In this document: positions 1 through 10,349 of the stretch, one piece after another
Layout: every line of letters begins with the position of its first letter
Position numbering within the stretch: position 1 is the first letter of the stretch
Source: an uncultured Myxococcales bacterium
Lineage (GTDB): Bacteria; Myxococcota; Myxococcia; Myxococcales; UBA5297
Assembly: GCA_937910285.1 (NCBI GenBank)
Contig: CALEOC010000027.1
Coordinates: 6,725 to 70,724, forward strand
Direction of reading: 5' to 3'
DNA length: 64,000 nucleotides
Made by a program: the position numbers and the translations under genes
The notes under the pieces: generated by a model
The model's input: only the letters and a program-made list of their open reading frames with translations
What the model was told of the DNA's origin: nothing
Database searches by the model: none

Positions 1-76
1 GAGCCGGCTCGAGGCTCCCAGAGAAAGGGACGAACGTCCGCCGGAGACAGCGAGAACGGCAGCGCCGCTGCACCGC

Positions 77-430
77 CTACGGGCAGCTCGCCAGGTCCAC
101 AATTCTCACGCGGTCCGAGTTGCGGGACATCGCCAGAAAGCGCCCGTCGTCGCTGCAGGCGAACCTGTCGACCCGGGCTCCCGACTCCGAGCGGCAGCGT
201 GCGCACCGACTGCATCCTGCCGGAGCGAGAGGACCCGCGGCAGGTCGAGCTGCGACGGCGCGGTGTACTGCTGGGTCACGAAGGCGCTTCCATCCGGCAG
301 GAGCGCAAGAGGTGCGAGAGCGCCGCGGTACGGACTGCGGAACGGTTCGGCGTTGAGCAGGTTGCCGCTGCCCGTGTCGAAGAAATCGACGCCAAGCGCC
401 TAGCTCTCCAGCCCGAAGATCCGGTGCGCC
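77..430 (-). pseudogene. degenerate remnant of a beta-propeller-like protein gene
   Basis: Minus-strand translation is protein-like in two different frames: ...VDFFDTGSGNLLNAEPFRSPYRGALAPLALLPDGSAFVTQQYTAPSQLDL..., then ...DRFACSDDGRFLAMSRNSDRVRIVDLASCP*. An in-frame TAG lies at about 400-402. There is no intact ORF. Confidence 0.25.
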
Positions 431-479
431 GAGCACCACTGAAGATCCGCCGAGAAATCCTTCTTTCGCGACTCGTTTC

Positions 480-590
480 GGTTCCGCCCACCCTGAGCCC
501 CACGCGCCTGCTAGCGGCGGAGCGGAGTCGAAGGGCCCGACTTCGGCCGCGCAGGCTCGGCCTGCGCTCCTGCCTGACAGCCACCGGTGG
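480..590. repeat. dispersed REP/MITE-like intergenic element, copy 1 (partial)
   Basis: Contains GAGTCGAAGGGCCCGACTTCGGCC.CGCAGGCTCGGCCT.CGCTC, the same module seen at 28553-28610, 41716-41765, 46395-46440 and 54432-54470. Confidence 0.6.
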
Positions 591-850
591 TCCGCGAGGT
601 TGAGCACGCAGGCCCGGCGCGTCGCTCCCGCGGGGCGCCGGCTCGATGGCCTCTGGAACGTGGGGCCGCGCAGTCGCGAGCAAAGCGCCGTCGTGCCGGT
701 CGTCCTGGCGCCTCAGGGTCCGCAGCCCCGGCGTGCCTCATTGGTTCCGGCGCGGCCCGGTTGGACAAAGGGGGGAACTCCGTCTGATTCACTCGGCCGC
801 AGGGCGCGGCACCGGGTGCGTGCCTGCCCTGTGTCGAGGCCGGTTGCAGG

Positions 851-1300
851 CTGGGCGACTGCTGCAACCCCGCTCGCGCTTGATGCGCCCGGCCTCCGGT
901 ACCAAGTTCGCTCCCGCTGCCAGTCTGGACCGAGCCGGCACCCGCCGGCATGGAGGGCGGCGCGTTGCCTGGGGGAGAGGCCATGGTCGATTACACGTTG
1001 AAAAACATCGAGCGCTGCCAGTGCGGCAAGTGCCCCGTGTATTTGTCGAGCAATTGCGCCAAGGCGAAGAACGCAACCATCGATTGGAGCTCCGGCGAGC
1101 TTCCACCGGCCAAGGCCATCGAGGGGATCTACTGCGCCGGCGCCGTCGGCAAGTCCAGGTGCGACGACCTCGACAAAACCAAGCGGTGTGCGTGTCCGAC
1201 CTGCCCGGTCTGGGAGGACTACGCTCTCCAGGGCACGTACTTCTGCATCGGCGGCGCTGCCGAGTAACGCGGTGCGCGAAAGCGCTCCGCTGCAAGGGCC
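851..1300. repeat. segmental duplication, copy A (intact DUF2769 gene plus flanks)
   Basis: Aligns by eye with 10966-11435 in the same orientation. Example: GGTACCAAGTTCGCTCCCGCTGCCAGTCTGGACCGAGCCGGCACCCGCCGGCATGGAGGGCGGC versus GGTACCAGCTTCGCTCCCGCTGCCAGTCTGAACCGAGCCGGAACCCGCCGGCATGGGGGGCGGC. Similarity continues through the coding part and about 40 bp past the stop. Confidence 0.85.
983..1267 (+). CDS. small cysteine-rich DUF2769-family protein
   Basis: The ORF track gives 950..1267. I prefer the ATG at 983 (MVDYTLKNIERC...), which is preceded by GGGGGAGAGG. It has two CxCxxCP motifs (CQCGKCPVY, CACPTCPVW) and a C-terminal YFCIGG, as in DUF2769 proteins. Confidence 0.7.
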   Translation: MVDYTLKNIERCQCGKCPVYLSSNCAKAKNATIDWSSGELPPAKAIEGIYCAGAVGKSRCDDLDKTKRCACPTCPVWEDYALQGTYFCIGGAAE

Positions 1301-1414
1301 ATCGTCTTGCGCGGCCGGGCCGCTCGCCTTCGGCCCCTCTCGTCCCTCGGGAGGCGGTCAGGGCGAGCGGCATCGAACCGAGGCAGAAGGAGGCTGTTCG
1401 CGACGCCTCCTCAA

Positions 1415-1585
1415 GGGGTGTCGAGAACCCTCCTCGGGCCCGGCCTGGCCCCTCGCCGGTCACTTCGAGCGAAGTCGAGAGGCCCGTTCGTCGGGCGAGC
1501 CTGCGAGCGCCGCCAAATCGAGGGACCGTTCGACTCCGCTCAGGTGAGGGGAACCTGGCGGAGTCGAAGAGGGATTTCTCGACGC
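1415..1585. repeat. dispersed REP/MITE-like intergenic element, copy 2
   Basis: Carries GGTCACTTCGAGCGAAGTCGAGAGG and GAGTCGAAGAGGGATTTCTCGAC modules. Its ends are inverted relative to each other (GTCGAGAACCCTC ... GAGGGATTTCTCGAC). It lies directly downstream of the glucan synthase stop. Confidence 0.6.
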
Positions 1586-1589
1586 ACCT

Positions 1590-4500
1590 TCAGCCCAGGA
1601 ACACCTCGACCCGATGGTCCGCGCGGTCGTCGGAGAGCCGGACGGTCATCGACGGCTGCTCGACTCCGTCGCAGACCACCCGGGTGACCTCCTTGGCCCC
1701 GCGGTTGTGCACGGTGATGTGGTGGAAGGTCTGGCGGTAGCGGTAGTGGATCTTGAAGGACTTCCATCCCTCGGGGATTCGCGGCTGCAGGCTGAGCCGG
1801 TCGGCCTGACGCCTCAGGCCGAGCAGCGACTCGATAAGCAGCCGGTAGACCCAGGCGGCCGAGCCGGTGTACCAGGTCCAGCCGCCGCGCCCGGGGAAGT
1901 CGGGGTTGGCGTAGACGTCGGCGGCCATCACGTACGGCTCGACTTGATAGCGGGCGACTGCCTTGGGGCTGGAGCCCTTGAGCACCGGGTTGATGAGCGA
2001 GAAGAGCTCCCAGGCTCTGGCCGCCTCGCCCACCTCGGCAAAGGCCATCACCGTCCAGGCCGCCGCGTGGGTGTATTGGCCGCCGTTCTCGCGCACTCCG
2101 GGCGGATAGCCCTTGATGTAGCCCGGCTCCAGCTCCGAGGTGGCGAAGGGGGGATCGAAGAGCTGGATCAGCCCCAGGTCGCGGCGCACCAGCCGCGCCT
2201 CGAGCGCCTCGAGCGCCATCCGCACTCGGTAGGGCTCTCCCGCCCGGGAGAGGACCGCCCAGCTCTGGGGCAGGGCGTCGATCTGGCATTCGGGATTGCT
2301 CGCCGAGCCCAAGGGCGAGCCGTCATCGAAGAAGGCGCGCCGGTACCAGGCCCCGTCCCAGCCGTGGTGCTCGATGTTCAGGCGCAGGCGCCCGGCCTCG
2401 TTCTCATAGCGCTCGACCAGCTCGAGATCGCCCTTCAGCTTGGCGATCTCCTTGAAGCGCCGCAGCACGTCGTAGAGGAAGAACGCGAGCCAGACGCTCT
2501 CGCCCCGGCCCCCTATCCCCACCAGGTTCATCCCGTCGTTCCAGTCGCCGCTGCCCATCAGCGGCAACCCGTGCTCGCCGAGCCGCAGCGCGCGCTCTAT
2601 CGCTCGCCGGCAATGCTCGTAGAGGGTCGCCGAGGCCTCCGAGCGCACCGGCAGGTCGTAGTAGCTCTCCTCTTCCGGCTGGAGCGGCCGGCCCTCGAGG
2701 AAGGGGACCTGCTCGTCGAGCACCCCGGTGTCTCCGGTGAGGCGCAGGTAGTGGCTCAGCGCGTAGGGCAGCCACAGCAGGTCGTCGGTGATGCGGGTGC
2801 GCACCCCGCGGCCGGCGGGCGGATGCCACCAGTGCTGCACGTCGCCCTCGGGGAACTGCCGCCCCGCGCAGCGCAAAAGCTGCTCGCGCAGGACCCGCGG
2901 CTCGGCGTGGACCAGGGCCATCGCGTCCTGGAGCTGGTCGCGAAAGCCGTAGGCTCCGCCGGACTGGTAGAAGCCACTGCGTCCCCACAGCCGGCTGGAG
3001 AGCACCTGGTAGATGAGCCAGCCGTTGGCCAACACATCGACCGAGGGCTCGGGGGTCTCCACGTGCACCGCCCCGAGCACCCGGTTCCAGTGCTCCCAGA
3101 CCGCCTCCAGCGCCTTGTGCGCCGCGCCGGTTCCCCGGAAGCGCTCGACCAGGCTGCGCGCGTGCTCGGTGTCCCGGCCGATGCCGTAGACGAAGGCCAC
3201 CTCGCGCTCCTGGCCCGGCTCGAGCGCGACGACCGCCTGCATCGTCGCGCAGGGGTCGAGCCCCCCGCCTACTCGTCCTGACAGCCCCTCGGCGAACATG
3301 GCCGCCGGGGCTGCCGGCGAGCCGTTGCGCCCCAACAGCTCGGTGCGGTCGGCGGTGAACGTGCGCTGCGGCTCGCTCACCTCCAAGAAGGCGACTCGCC
3401 CGGGGAAGTCCGCGTTGAACGGGTTACGGGCGAACAGCGCCCCGGAGCGGGGATCGACCTCGGTCACCACGTGCATGGAGTGGCGCAGCCGCGTGTCCCC
3501 GAGCACCAGGCTCAGCGCCCCGGTGACCGACAGCTTGCGCGCGGCTTCGGAGCGATTGCGCAGCTTGAAGACCATCAGCTTGACCGGCGCGTCGATCGCC
3601 ACGTAGGCCCAGGCCTCGGAGGCTATCCCCGCCTCGAGGTGCTCGAAGACGCTGTAGCCGAAGCCGTGGCGGGTGGTGTAGCTGCCCGAGCCGGGCGCCG
3701 GCTGGGGCAAGGGGGACCAGAAGTGGCCGGTCTCCTCGTCGCGCAGGTAGAAGACCTCCCCGCTGTCCGCGGAGACCGGGTCGTTCTCCCACGGGGTCAG
3801 GCGCATCTCGTGGGCGTTCTCGGCCCAGGTGTAGGCCCCGCCGCTCTCGGTGATCACCGTCCCGAACTCGGGGTTGGCGAGCACGTTGGACCAGGGGGCC
3901 GGGGTGCGGGCGTCGGGGCCGGTGGTGACGATGTATTCCTTGCCGTCCCGGGTAAAGCCGCCCAGCCCGTTGAAGAAGAGCAGGTCCTGGCGTGGCCGCT
4001 CGCGCCGCGGCGCCTCGGGGCGTCGGGCGCGGGTCGGCACCAGCCGGGCAACGGCCGGCTCGCTGCGCTTGCGCCGCTCGACTTGTTCGGCCAGCGTCCC
4101 GGCGGTGTCGCTGAGGACGACCCGGGCCGTCGCCTGCATCAGCAGCTTGTCCTCGTCGGCGATCTGCTCGGCGCGGCGCACGTAGACCCCGCCCGGCCGG
4201 TCGAGCCAGTGGGCGTCGTGCCCGGCGGTGATCAAGGCGAGGATCTTGTCCTGCAGCTCCTCGCGGTAGCCCGACTGGTCCTCGTTCCAGATCACCAGGT
4301 CGATAGCCAGACCCTTGGTGCGCCAATAGGCCTGCATCTTGAGCAGCTCGCGCACCAGCCCAATCCTCGAGGGGTCCCCGACCCGCAAGAGCACGATCGG
4401 CAGGTCCCCGGAGATCCCATAGCCCCAGAGCCCGGACTGGCCGCGGCGGTTGCGGGCGATGATCGCCCCGCTCGCTCGCCGCAGCGGGCTGGCGAAGAGC

Positions 4501-7500
4501 ACCGAGCCGGCCAACCGGCCGAAGAGCTGGGCTTCGGCCTCGGTCGCCCCGAGCTGGCGCAGCAGCACCTGGCTGTGCGTCCAGGCCAGCTCGAAGACCC
4601 GGTCGGCCAAGCGCCGGTCATGGTAGCGCTCGATGAGCGCCAGCGCCGCCTCTCGGGTGTCGGCGGCCCCGGTCACCATGTCGATCTCCACGGTGGCGTG
4701 GGGCTCGACCGCCACCACCCGGCGCAAGGAGACGATGGGATCGAGCACCGCCCCGGCCGCCCCGCCCAGCTCCGGCTCGCGCAGGGCCGCAGGGCTGGCC
4801 AAGCTGCCGCCGCGGCCAACGAAGGCGCGCCGGTCGGTCTCGAACGACGAGCGGCCCGCCTCCTCGCCGTGCACGTTCATCAGGTGGAGCATCCAGGGCG
4901 GGCGCTCTTCAGAGGAGCGTGCCCGGCGGGTGCAAAGCAGCGCCCGCCGCGGGGCGAAGTGCTCGGTCTGTACGAAGAGGTTGCTGAAGGCCGGGTGGGC
5001 CAGGTCGGCCGCGGCAGGGGCGAGGACCACCTCGGCATAGCTCGTCAGCTCCAGGGTGCGCCGGGTGCGGCCGCGATTGGTGATGCTCAGCCTGCGCAGC
5101 TCGATGTCGTCCTCGGGGGAGACGGCGATCTGCATGCGAGTGATCAGGTCCCCCTGCTCGCGACGCAGCTCCACCCGACCCTGGGAGAAGACGGCCTCGT
5201 AGGCGTCGGTCGGAGCCAGCGTCGGCTGATGGCCGGCCGACCAGCAGGCGCCGCTCTCCAGGTCGCGCAGGTAGAGGAAGGTCCCCTGGTGGTCACGGGT
5301 GGCGTCCTCGCGCCAGCGGGTCAGCGCGAGGTCCTTCCAGCGGCTGTAGCCCGCTCCGGCCGCGCTCACCATCACGTGGAGCCGGCCGTTGGAGAGCAGG
5401 TGCACCTCGGGGGTCGGGGTGTGCGGGGTCGAGAAGTGCCTCAGGGCCCGCTCCGAGGCCGGCTCGAACTCCCAGGCCTTGGCCGCTCCTGCCGGGAGCG
5501 TGGAGATAGGCACCGCCTTGGAGGCCCGCTCCTGCAAGAGCAGGTCGGCCGCCTGGAAGACGGGATCGGCGGCGAAGCGCCGCTGCATCGGCCCGTCGGC
5601 CAGCAGGTTGACCAGGGCGAGAAAGCCCATCCCCTGGTGGTGAGCCATGAAAGAGCGGATGACCACTCGCTCCTGCCCGGGAGGCAAGCGCGAGGGGGTG
5701 TAGTCGACCGCCTCGTAAAGCCCATAGCGACCGCGCATCCGCTCTTTTTCCAGACGGCGCAGGTTGGCGCAGGCCAACCCCGGCTCGAAGGGCAAGGCGA
5801 GCAGGGTCGCATAGGGCGTGACCACCAGGTCCTCGGCCAGCCCGCGGCGCAGCCCCAGGCTCGGGGCGCCGAAGGAGCGGTACTGATAGGTGAGCTGAGC
5901 GTCGGTCGCGTTGTAGGCCGACTCGGAGAAGCCCCAGGGCACCCCGCGCTGCTCGCCGTAGGCGACCTGCTGGGCCACCGCGGCCCGGCAGGTCTGCTCG
6001 AGCAGGCTGCCCGGGTGGCAGGGCATCACCAGGGCGGGCATCAGGTACTCGAACATCGAGCCGCCCCAGGAGAGCAGGACTGGCCTGCCCCCGGTGCTCG
6101 TCTGCAGCCTGCCCAGCGCGAACCAGTGGTCTTGCGGGACCGCGCCGTGGGCGACGGCCACGAAGCTTCCCAGCCGTGCCTCGGAGGCCAAGAGGTCGTA
6201 GAAGCTGTTGTCGAGCCGGTTGGCGGTGACGTTGTAGCCGATGGAGAAGAGGTTGCGGCGCTTGTCGAACAGCAGGCTCTGATCGGCCGAGTCGGCCAGC
6301 GTCCTCAGGCGCGAGGCGAGCCCCTCGAGCCTCTCGATTCGCGCGGCGGCCCGCTCGCCTCCCTCCTCCAGCTTGGCGCGCAGTCGAAGCAGCCGGGCGC
6401 GACCCGTCTCGTCGGCCCCCTGGAGCCGCTCCAGCAACGCCCCGAGCTCGTCGGCGAGCCTGGGCGCTTGTCGAGCAAGGCTTCGCAGCGAGGGGGCGTC
6501 GACCATCTTGCGCAGCCGCTCGCGCAGCCTCTCGGCCCCGTTCAGCTCGGCGCCCAGGCTTTGCAGCGGGTCCCTTTCGCCGGGCGCAAAGAGCTCGAGC
6601 CACGGCGCCAGCTCGCCGAGCTCCTGGCCAACCTCGCCCACCTGGCGCTCGAGCGTCTCGTTCCAGCGGCGCAGCTCGGCTGGAGCGCTCGGCCCGAGCG
6701 AGGAGCGCAGCCCCTCGGCCATCGCCGCCAGCCGCTTGAGCAGCTCGCGCTCCTCGGAGAGCGAGAGCGGCGAGGCCTCCATCTCGAGCTGCATCCGCCG
6801 CAGGCGCGCCGCCACGCCCGGCTGTGCCGGGGCCGGCTCGCCCTCGGGGCTGAAGCCGCACCCCTCGGCCTCCTCGAGCGCCACGTCGAGTGTGTCGCCG
6901 AGGCCACCGACGGCCCTGCGGACGACGAGCGGCTCGTCGGCGAGCCCCTCGAGCCCCGCGGCGAGGGTGAGCATGTGGCCGACCAGGTTGCCGCTGTCCA
7001 CCGAGGAGATGTAGTGCGGGGGCAGCGGCTCGAGGGTGCGGGTGTCGTACCAGTTGAAGAAGTGCCCGCGGTAGCGCTCCATGCGCTCCAAGGTGTCGAG
7101 ACAGTCCGAGGTGCGCTCGATGAGCCTGCCGGTCGAAAGGTATCCGAGGTCGTGCGCTCCCAGGTTGGCGAGCAGCGCGAGGCCGATGTTGGTCGGAGAG
7201 GTGCGATAGAAGACCGCCCCGGCCGGCTTCTCCTGGATGCTGTCGGGCGGAAGGTAGTTGCCCTGGGCGTCGACCAGAGTCTCGAAAAAGCCCCAGGTCC
7301 TCCGGGCGAGGTTGTGTAGGAGCCGCTGGTCCTCGGCCGTGGGGAGAACGAGCCGGGGGGGCGTCGGACGGCTGAGCCACCAGGCGAGCAGAGGGGCAAA
7401 CGCCCACGCGACCAAGAGCGGCAGCAGCGGCCAAGGCGTGGGGGCCCCGGGCCAGAAGGCCAGGGCGGCGCCCGCCGCGACTGCCGACAAAGGGGCGGCG

Positions 7501-10349
7501 GCCATCGCGATGTAATAGCCAGCCAGGTCCCTGCGGGCCGACCTCTCGGCCTCGCTGGCAGTGCGCCATTCGAGCAGCCGGCGCCGCGAGAGGTGGACCC
7601 GCCAGCTTGCCCGGGCGATGGCGTCGAGGTTGTTGAGCGCCTCGGCGGGGAGGCAGGCCAGGGCGAGCAGGGCCTGGGCGAGCTGGCGCCAGAGCCCGCT
7701 GCCGAGCTCTCCGAGCTGCATCCTCCAGGGAAGCTCGGAGGGCTTGCGCAGCAGCCGCCCCAGCGCCCCGCAGAGCGCGGGGGCGAGGAGCACCGCGGCA
7801 ACCAGCAGAGCGAGCGTGGCCCCGAGGCTGGGGACCGCCAGCCCGGCGCCGACCAGGCCGAGGAGCGCCACGGGGACCAGGCTGCGCCGCAGGTTGTCGA
7901 AGATCTTCCAGCGGGCGAGCAGGGTGAGCGGGTTGGAGCGCCGCCGCCCGGGGCCCGGCACCCAGGGCAGGAGCCAGGAGGCGATCTGCCAGTCGCCCCG
8001 GAGCCAGCGATGGCGCCGGCTCAGCCCGGCCAGATAGGAGGCGGGAGAGTCCTCGTAGAGCACCACGTCGCTGAGCAGACCCGAGCGAGTAAAGCAGCCC
8101 TCGATGAGGTCGTGGCTCAGGATGCGGTTGTCGGGCAGCCGGTCGCGCAACGCCTCGCGGAAGGTGTCGACGTGGTAGATGCCCTTGCCGACGAAGGAGC
8201 CTTCGCCAAAGAGGTCCTGATAGACGTCGGAGACCTCGCGCGTGTAGGGGTCGACCCCGGCGTCGGCCGAGAAGAGCGCGGCGAACCGCGAGCGCGAGGC
8301 GCTGGGCAGGTCGATACCTACCCGGGGCTGGAGGATCCCGTAACCCTCGACCACCCGGCCCCGCTCGGGATCGAACCGGGCCTGGTTCAGCGGGTGGGCC
8401 ATCGCGCCGATCATCTCCCGCCCCGCGTTCTGGGGCAGGCCGGTGTCGGTGTCCAGGGTGATCACGTACTCCACCCCGCGGAGCAGGTCCGTGCGGCCGA
8501 CGACCGTCTCGAAGCAGCCCTCGGCCTCGCCGCGAAGAAGGGCGTTGAAATCCTCGAGCTTGCCGCGCTTGCGCTCCCGGCCCATCCAGGTGCGCTCGCG
8601 CTCGTTCCACAGTCGCGGGCGATGAAAAAGAAAGAAGCCGTCGCCCTCCTCGGGGCAATGGCGAGCATTGAGCCGCTCGATCCCCTCCTTGGCCAGCCGC
8701 AGCAGCTCGGCGTCGCCCGGCATCGATTTCTCCGGCGCGTCTGCAAAGTCGGTGAGCAGGGCGAAGTGCAGGTGCGGATCACGGTTGGCCAGGAAGCGCA
8801 CCTCGAGCCCTTGCAGAAGCTGCTCGATGCCCCGAGGGCTGGTGAGCATGGTGGGCACCACCACCATGGTTCGCTGCTCGGAGGAGAGCCCGTCCGGGAA
8901 TTGCAGCTTCGGTAGAGGCCGGGGGCCGACGCGCAGCGTGGCCAGCCAGTTGACCAGGACGACCGCGAGCTGGCTTGCGGCCAGCACCACAGCCAGGCCC
9001 AGCCCCGCCAAGGGCAGACCTCGCAGGCCCAGCTCCCAGGCCTTCCAGAGCACCGCAGCGCTGGGCAAGGCGGTCAAGAGCCCTGTCGCCGAGAGGTAGG
9101 CCGCGACTGGGAAGCGGCGGCCGAGGCGCTCCCATCTCATGCGCAGCGTCGGTCGCATTCCGACCGCGCGCTCGAGCTCGGGGCGGCCGCGGTCCACCAA
9201 GAAGTAGCCCACGTGCCCCCGGCGTTCTCCTCCCCCGCGGGCCGCTTGGGCGCGGGCGAGCTGCACCGCCTTGACCGCGATCTCCTGCTCGGGCAGCGGG
9301 CTGCGGTGGGCGATCTCCTCCACCACGTGGCGGTAGAGGTCGCGGGAGACGAAGTCCATGCGGCCGTAGACGCCAGAGGGGTCTCTGCGCAGCGCCCGCT
9401 CGACAGCGCTCATCGACTCCACGAAGTCGCGCCAGTCGCGGGTGGAGAGAAAGCGCAGGCTGGTGATGCTGTTGCCGACCGAGACCTGGTCGGCCGCCTG
9501 GTTCTGGCTCTCCTTCAGGACGAGCTGCTCGACGGTGCGGCCTCGCTCGGAGAGGCTCTGTTCGAGCCAGGCGAGCGGGAAGGCCAGCCCCGGCCCCTGG
9601 TCTTGCAGCCTCCGAAACAGCTCGGCGACAAAGGCGCTGGAGAGCGGGGGGGCGTCCTCGACCATCTCGGCGAGGACCAGCACCCGCCCCTTCATCTCTT
9701 GCTCCGAGACGCCGATGAGCCGGTCGGCCCAGAAGCTCGCGCGCTCCTGGTCCCTGCGCTCGGAGACCACCCGGGCTGCCACCCGGCGCAGGTTCTCCAC
9801 CAGCGCCAGGCGCAACATGATCGGCACGGCCCACAGCTCGCCCAGCTTGAGGGGCGAGACGGCCTGATAGGAGGCGATGAAGGCGCTCAGGCTCTCCAGG
9901 TCGAGCCGGCCGTCGGCGTGGGAGATCATCTCGAGGACCAGGTCGTAGACCCGGGGGTAGCCGGCCAACGGGCCACTGGCGAGCTGTGGCAGCTCGCCGC
10001 TGTAGCTGCGCGGCAGGTGGCGGCGGGCCATGCGAATCTGCTCGAGGACCAGGTAGTGATTGTCGATAAGCCACTCCCCCGCCGGAGCGATGCGCCGCTG
10101 GTTGCGGACCGACTCCTCCAACAGGGCGTGCGTCTCCAGGAGGAAGGCCTCGTTCTCCGTGAGGCGGCCCAGCAGCCTGTCGGGCCCGGGCCGCGCGGCG
10201 AGCTTGTGCCAACCGGCCAGGGCCTGGGCGTGCTCGCGCAGTTGCCCGACGCTGTAGAGCTCGGAGCGAAAAGGCTGCTCCTCGCCGGCGGACGCAGACC
10301 CGCTCAGGGGCCGCGGGGCGCTGCGGAGCCGGGAAAAGGCTGGTGACAT
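1590..10349 (-). CDS. ndvB: cyclic beta-1,2-glucan synthase (NdvB/ChvB/Cgs family; glycosyltransferase + GH94 phosphorylase-like domains)
   Basis: The open frame is 2944 aa. I start at MSPAFSRL (ATG complement at 10347-10349), preceded by AAGGGGAGAAGGGA. The N-terminal third has several hydrophobic segments and a glycosyltransferase core (VITLDTDTGLP). The C-terminal part carries GH94-type motifs (FRDQLQD, SGDWNDGMNLVG). Size and architecture are typical of Cgs/NdvB. Confidence 0.9.
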   Translation of the reverse strand: MSPAFSRLRSAPRPLSGSASAGEEQPFRSELYSVGQLREHAQALAGWHKLAARPGPDRLLGRLTENEAFLLETHALLEESVRNQRRIAPAGEWLIDNHYLVLEQIRMARRHLPRSYSGELPQLASGPLAGYPRVYDLVLEMISHADGRLDLESLSAFIASYQAVSPLKLGELWAVPIMLRLALVENLRRVAARVVSERRDQERASFWADRLIGVSEQEMKGRVLVLAEMVEDAPPLSSAFVAELFRRLQDQGPGLAFPLAWLEQSLSERGRTVEQLVLKESQNQAADQVSVGNSITSLRFLSTRDWRDFVESMSAVERALRRDPSGVYGRMDFVSRDLYRHVVEEIAHRSPLPEQEIAVKAVQLARAQAARGGGERRGHVGYFLVDRGRPELERAVGMRPTLRMRWERLGRRFPVAAYLSATGLLTALPSAAVLWKAWELGLRGLPLAGLGLAVVLAASQLAVVLVNWLATLRVGPRPLPKLQFPDGLSSEQRTMVVVPTMLTSPRGIEQLLQGLEVRFLANRDPHLHFALLTDFADAPEKSMPGDAELLRLAKEGIERLNARHCPEEGDGFFLFHRPRLWNERERTWMGRERKRGKLEDFNALLRGEAEGCFETVVGRTDLLRGVEYVITLDTDTGLPQNAGREMIGAMAHPLNQARFDPERGRVVEGYGILQPRVGIDLPSASRSRFAALFSADAGVDPYTREVSDVYQDLFGEGSFVGKGIYHVDTFREALRDRLPDNRILSHDLIEGCFTRSGLLSDVVLYEDSPASYLAGLSRRHRWLRGDWQIASWLLPWVPGPGRRRSNPLTLLARWKIFDNLRRSLVPVALLGLVGAGLAVPSLGATLALLVAAVLLAPALCGALGRLLRKPSELPWRMQLGELGSGLWRQLAQALLALACLPAEALNNLDAIARASWRVHLSRRRLLEWRTASEAERSARRDLAGYYIAMAAAPLSAVAAGAALAFWPGAPTPWPLLPLLVAWAFAPLLAWWLSRPTPPRLVLPTAEDQRLLHNLARRTWGFFETLVDAQGNYLPPDSIQEKPAGAVFYRTSPTNIGLALLANLGAHDLGYLSTGRLIERTSDCLDTLERMERYRGHFFNWYDTRTLEPLPPHYISSVDSGNLVGHMLTLAAGLEGLADEPLVVRRAVGGLGDTLDVALEEAEGCGFSPEGEPAPAQPGVAARLRRMQLEMEASPLSLSEERELLKRLAAMAEGLRSSLGPSAPAELRRWNETLERQVGEVGQELGELAPWLELFAPGERDPLQSLGAELNGAERLRERLRKMVDAPSLRSLARQAPRLADELGALLERLQGADETGRARLLRLRAKLEEGGERAAARIERLEGLASRLRTLADSADQSLLFDKRRNLFSIGYNVTANRLDNSFYDLLASEARLGSFVAVAHGAVPQDHWFALGRLQTSTGGRPVLLSWGGSMFEYLMPALVMPCHPGSLLEQTCRAAVAQQVAYGEQRGVPWGFSESAYNATDAQLTYQYRSFGAPSLGLRRGLAEDLVVTPYATLLALPFEPGLACANLRRLEKERMRGRYGLYEAVDYTPSRLPPGQERVVIRSFMAHHQGMGFLALVNLLADGPMQRRFAADPVFQAADLLLQERASKAVPISTLPAGAAKAWEFEPASERALRHFSTPHTPTPEVHLLSNGRLHVMVSAAGAGYSRWKDLALTRWREDATRDHQGTFLYLRDLESGACWSAGHQPTLAPTDAYEAVFSQGRVELRREQGDLITRMQIAVSPEDDIELRRLSITNRGRTRRTLELTSYAEVVLAPAAADLAHPAFSNLFVQTEHFAPRRALLCTRRARSSEERPPWMLHLMNVHGEEAGRSSFETDRRAFVGRGGSLASPAALREPELGGAAGAVLDPIVSLRRVVAVEPHATVEIDMVTGAADTREAALALIERYHDRRLADRVFELAWTHSQVLLRQLGATEAEAQLFGRLAGSVLFASPLRRASGAIIARNRRGQSGLWGYGISGDLPIVLLRVGDPSRIGLVRELLKMQAYWRTKGLAIDLVIWNEDQSGYREELQDKILALITAGHDAHWLDRPGGVYVRRAEQIADEDKLLMQATARVVLSDTAGTLAEQVERRKRSEPAVARLVPTRARRPEAPRRERPRQDLLFFNGLGGFTRDGKEYIVTTGPDARTPAPWSNVLANPEFGTVITESGGAYTWAENAHEMRLTPWENDPVSADSGEVFYLRDEETGHFWSPLPQPAPGSGSYTTRHGFGYSVFEHLEAGIASEAWAYVAIDAPVKLMVFKLRNRSEAARKLSVTGALSLVLGDTRLRHSMHVVTEVDPRSGALFARNPFNADFPGRVAFLEVSEPQRTFTADRTELLGRNGSPAAPAAMFAEGLSGRVGGGLDPCATMQAVVALEPGQEREVAFVYGIGRDTEHARSLVERFRGTGAAHKALEAVWEHWNRVLGAVHVETPEPSVDVLANGWLIYQVLSSRLWGRSGFYQSGGAYGFRDQLQDAMALVHAEPRVLREQLLRCAGRQFPEGDVQHWWHPPAGRGVRTRITDDLLWLPYALSHYLRLTGDTGVLDEQVPFLEGRPLQPEEESYYDLPVRSEASATLYEHCRRAIERALRLGEHGLPLMGSGDWNDGMNLVGIGGRGESVWLAFFLYDVLRRFKEIAKLKGDLELVERYENEAGRLRLNIEHHGWDGAWYRRAFFDDGSPLGSASNPECQIDALPQSWAVLSRAGEPYRVRMALEALEARLVRRDLGLIQLFDPPFATSELEPGYIKGYPPGVRENGGQYTHAAAWTVMAFAEVGEAARAWELFSLINPVLKGSSPKAVARYQVEPYVMAADVYANPDFPGRGGWTWYTGSAAWVYRLLIESLLGLRRQADRLSLQPRIPEGWKSFKIHYRYRQTFHHITVHNRGAKEVTRVVCDGVEQPSMTVRLSDDRADHRVEVFLG

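Noticed and set aside
3471-7319. Very long ORFs overlapping the glucan synthase gene: 3471..7319 on the plus strand, and 5293..8658, 6542..7801 and 8779..10458 on the minus strand.
   Set aside because: Their translations are dominated by Arg/Pro/Ala/Gly runs with no family motifs. They lie opposite to, or out of frame with, a 2,900-aa ORF that has clear GT and GH94 motifs. They are typical high-GC shadow ORFs.
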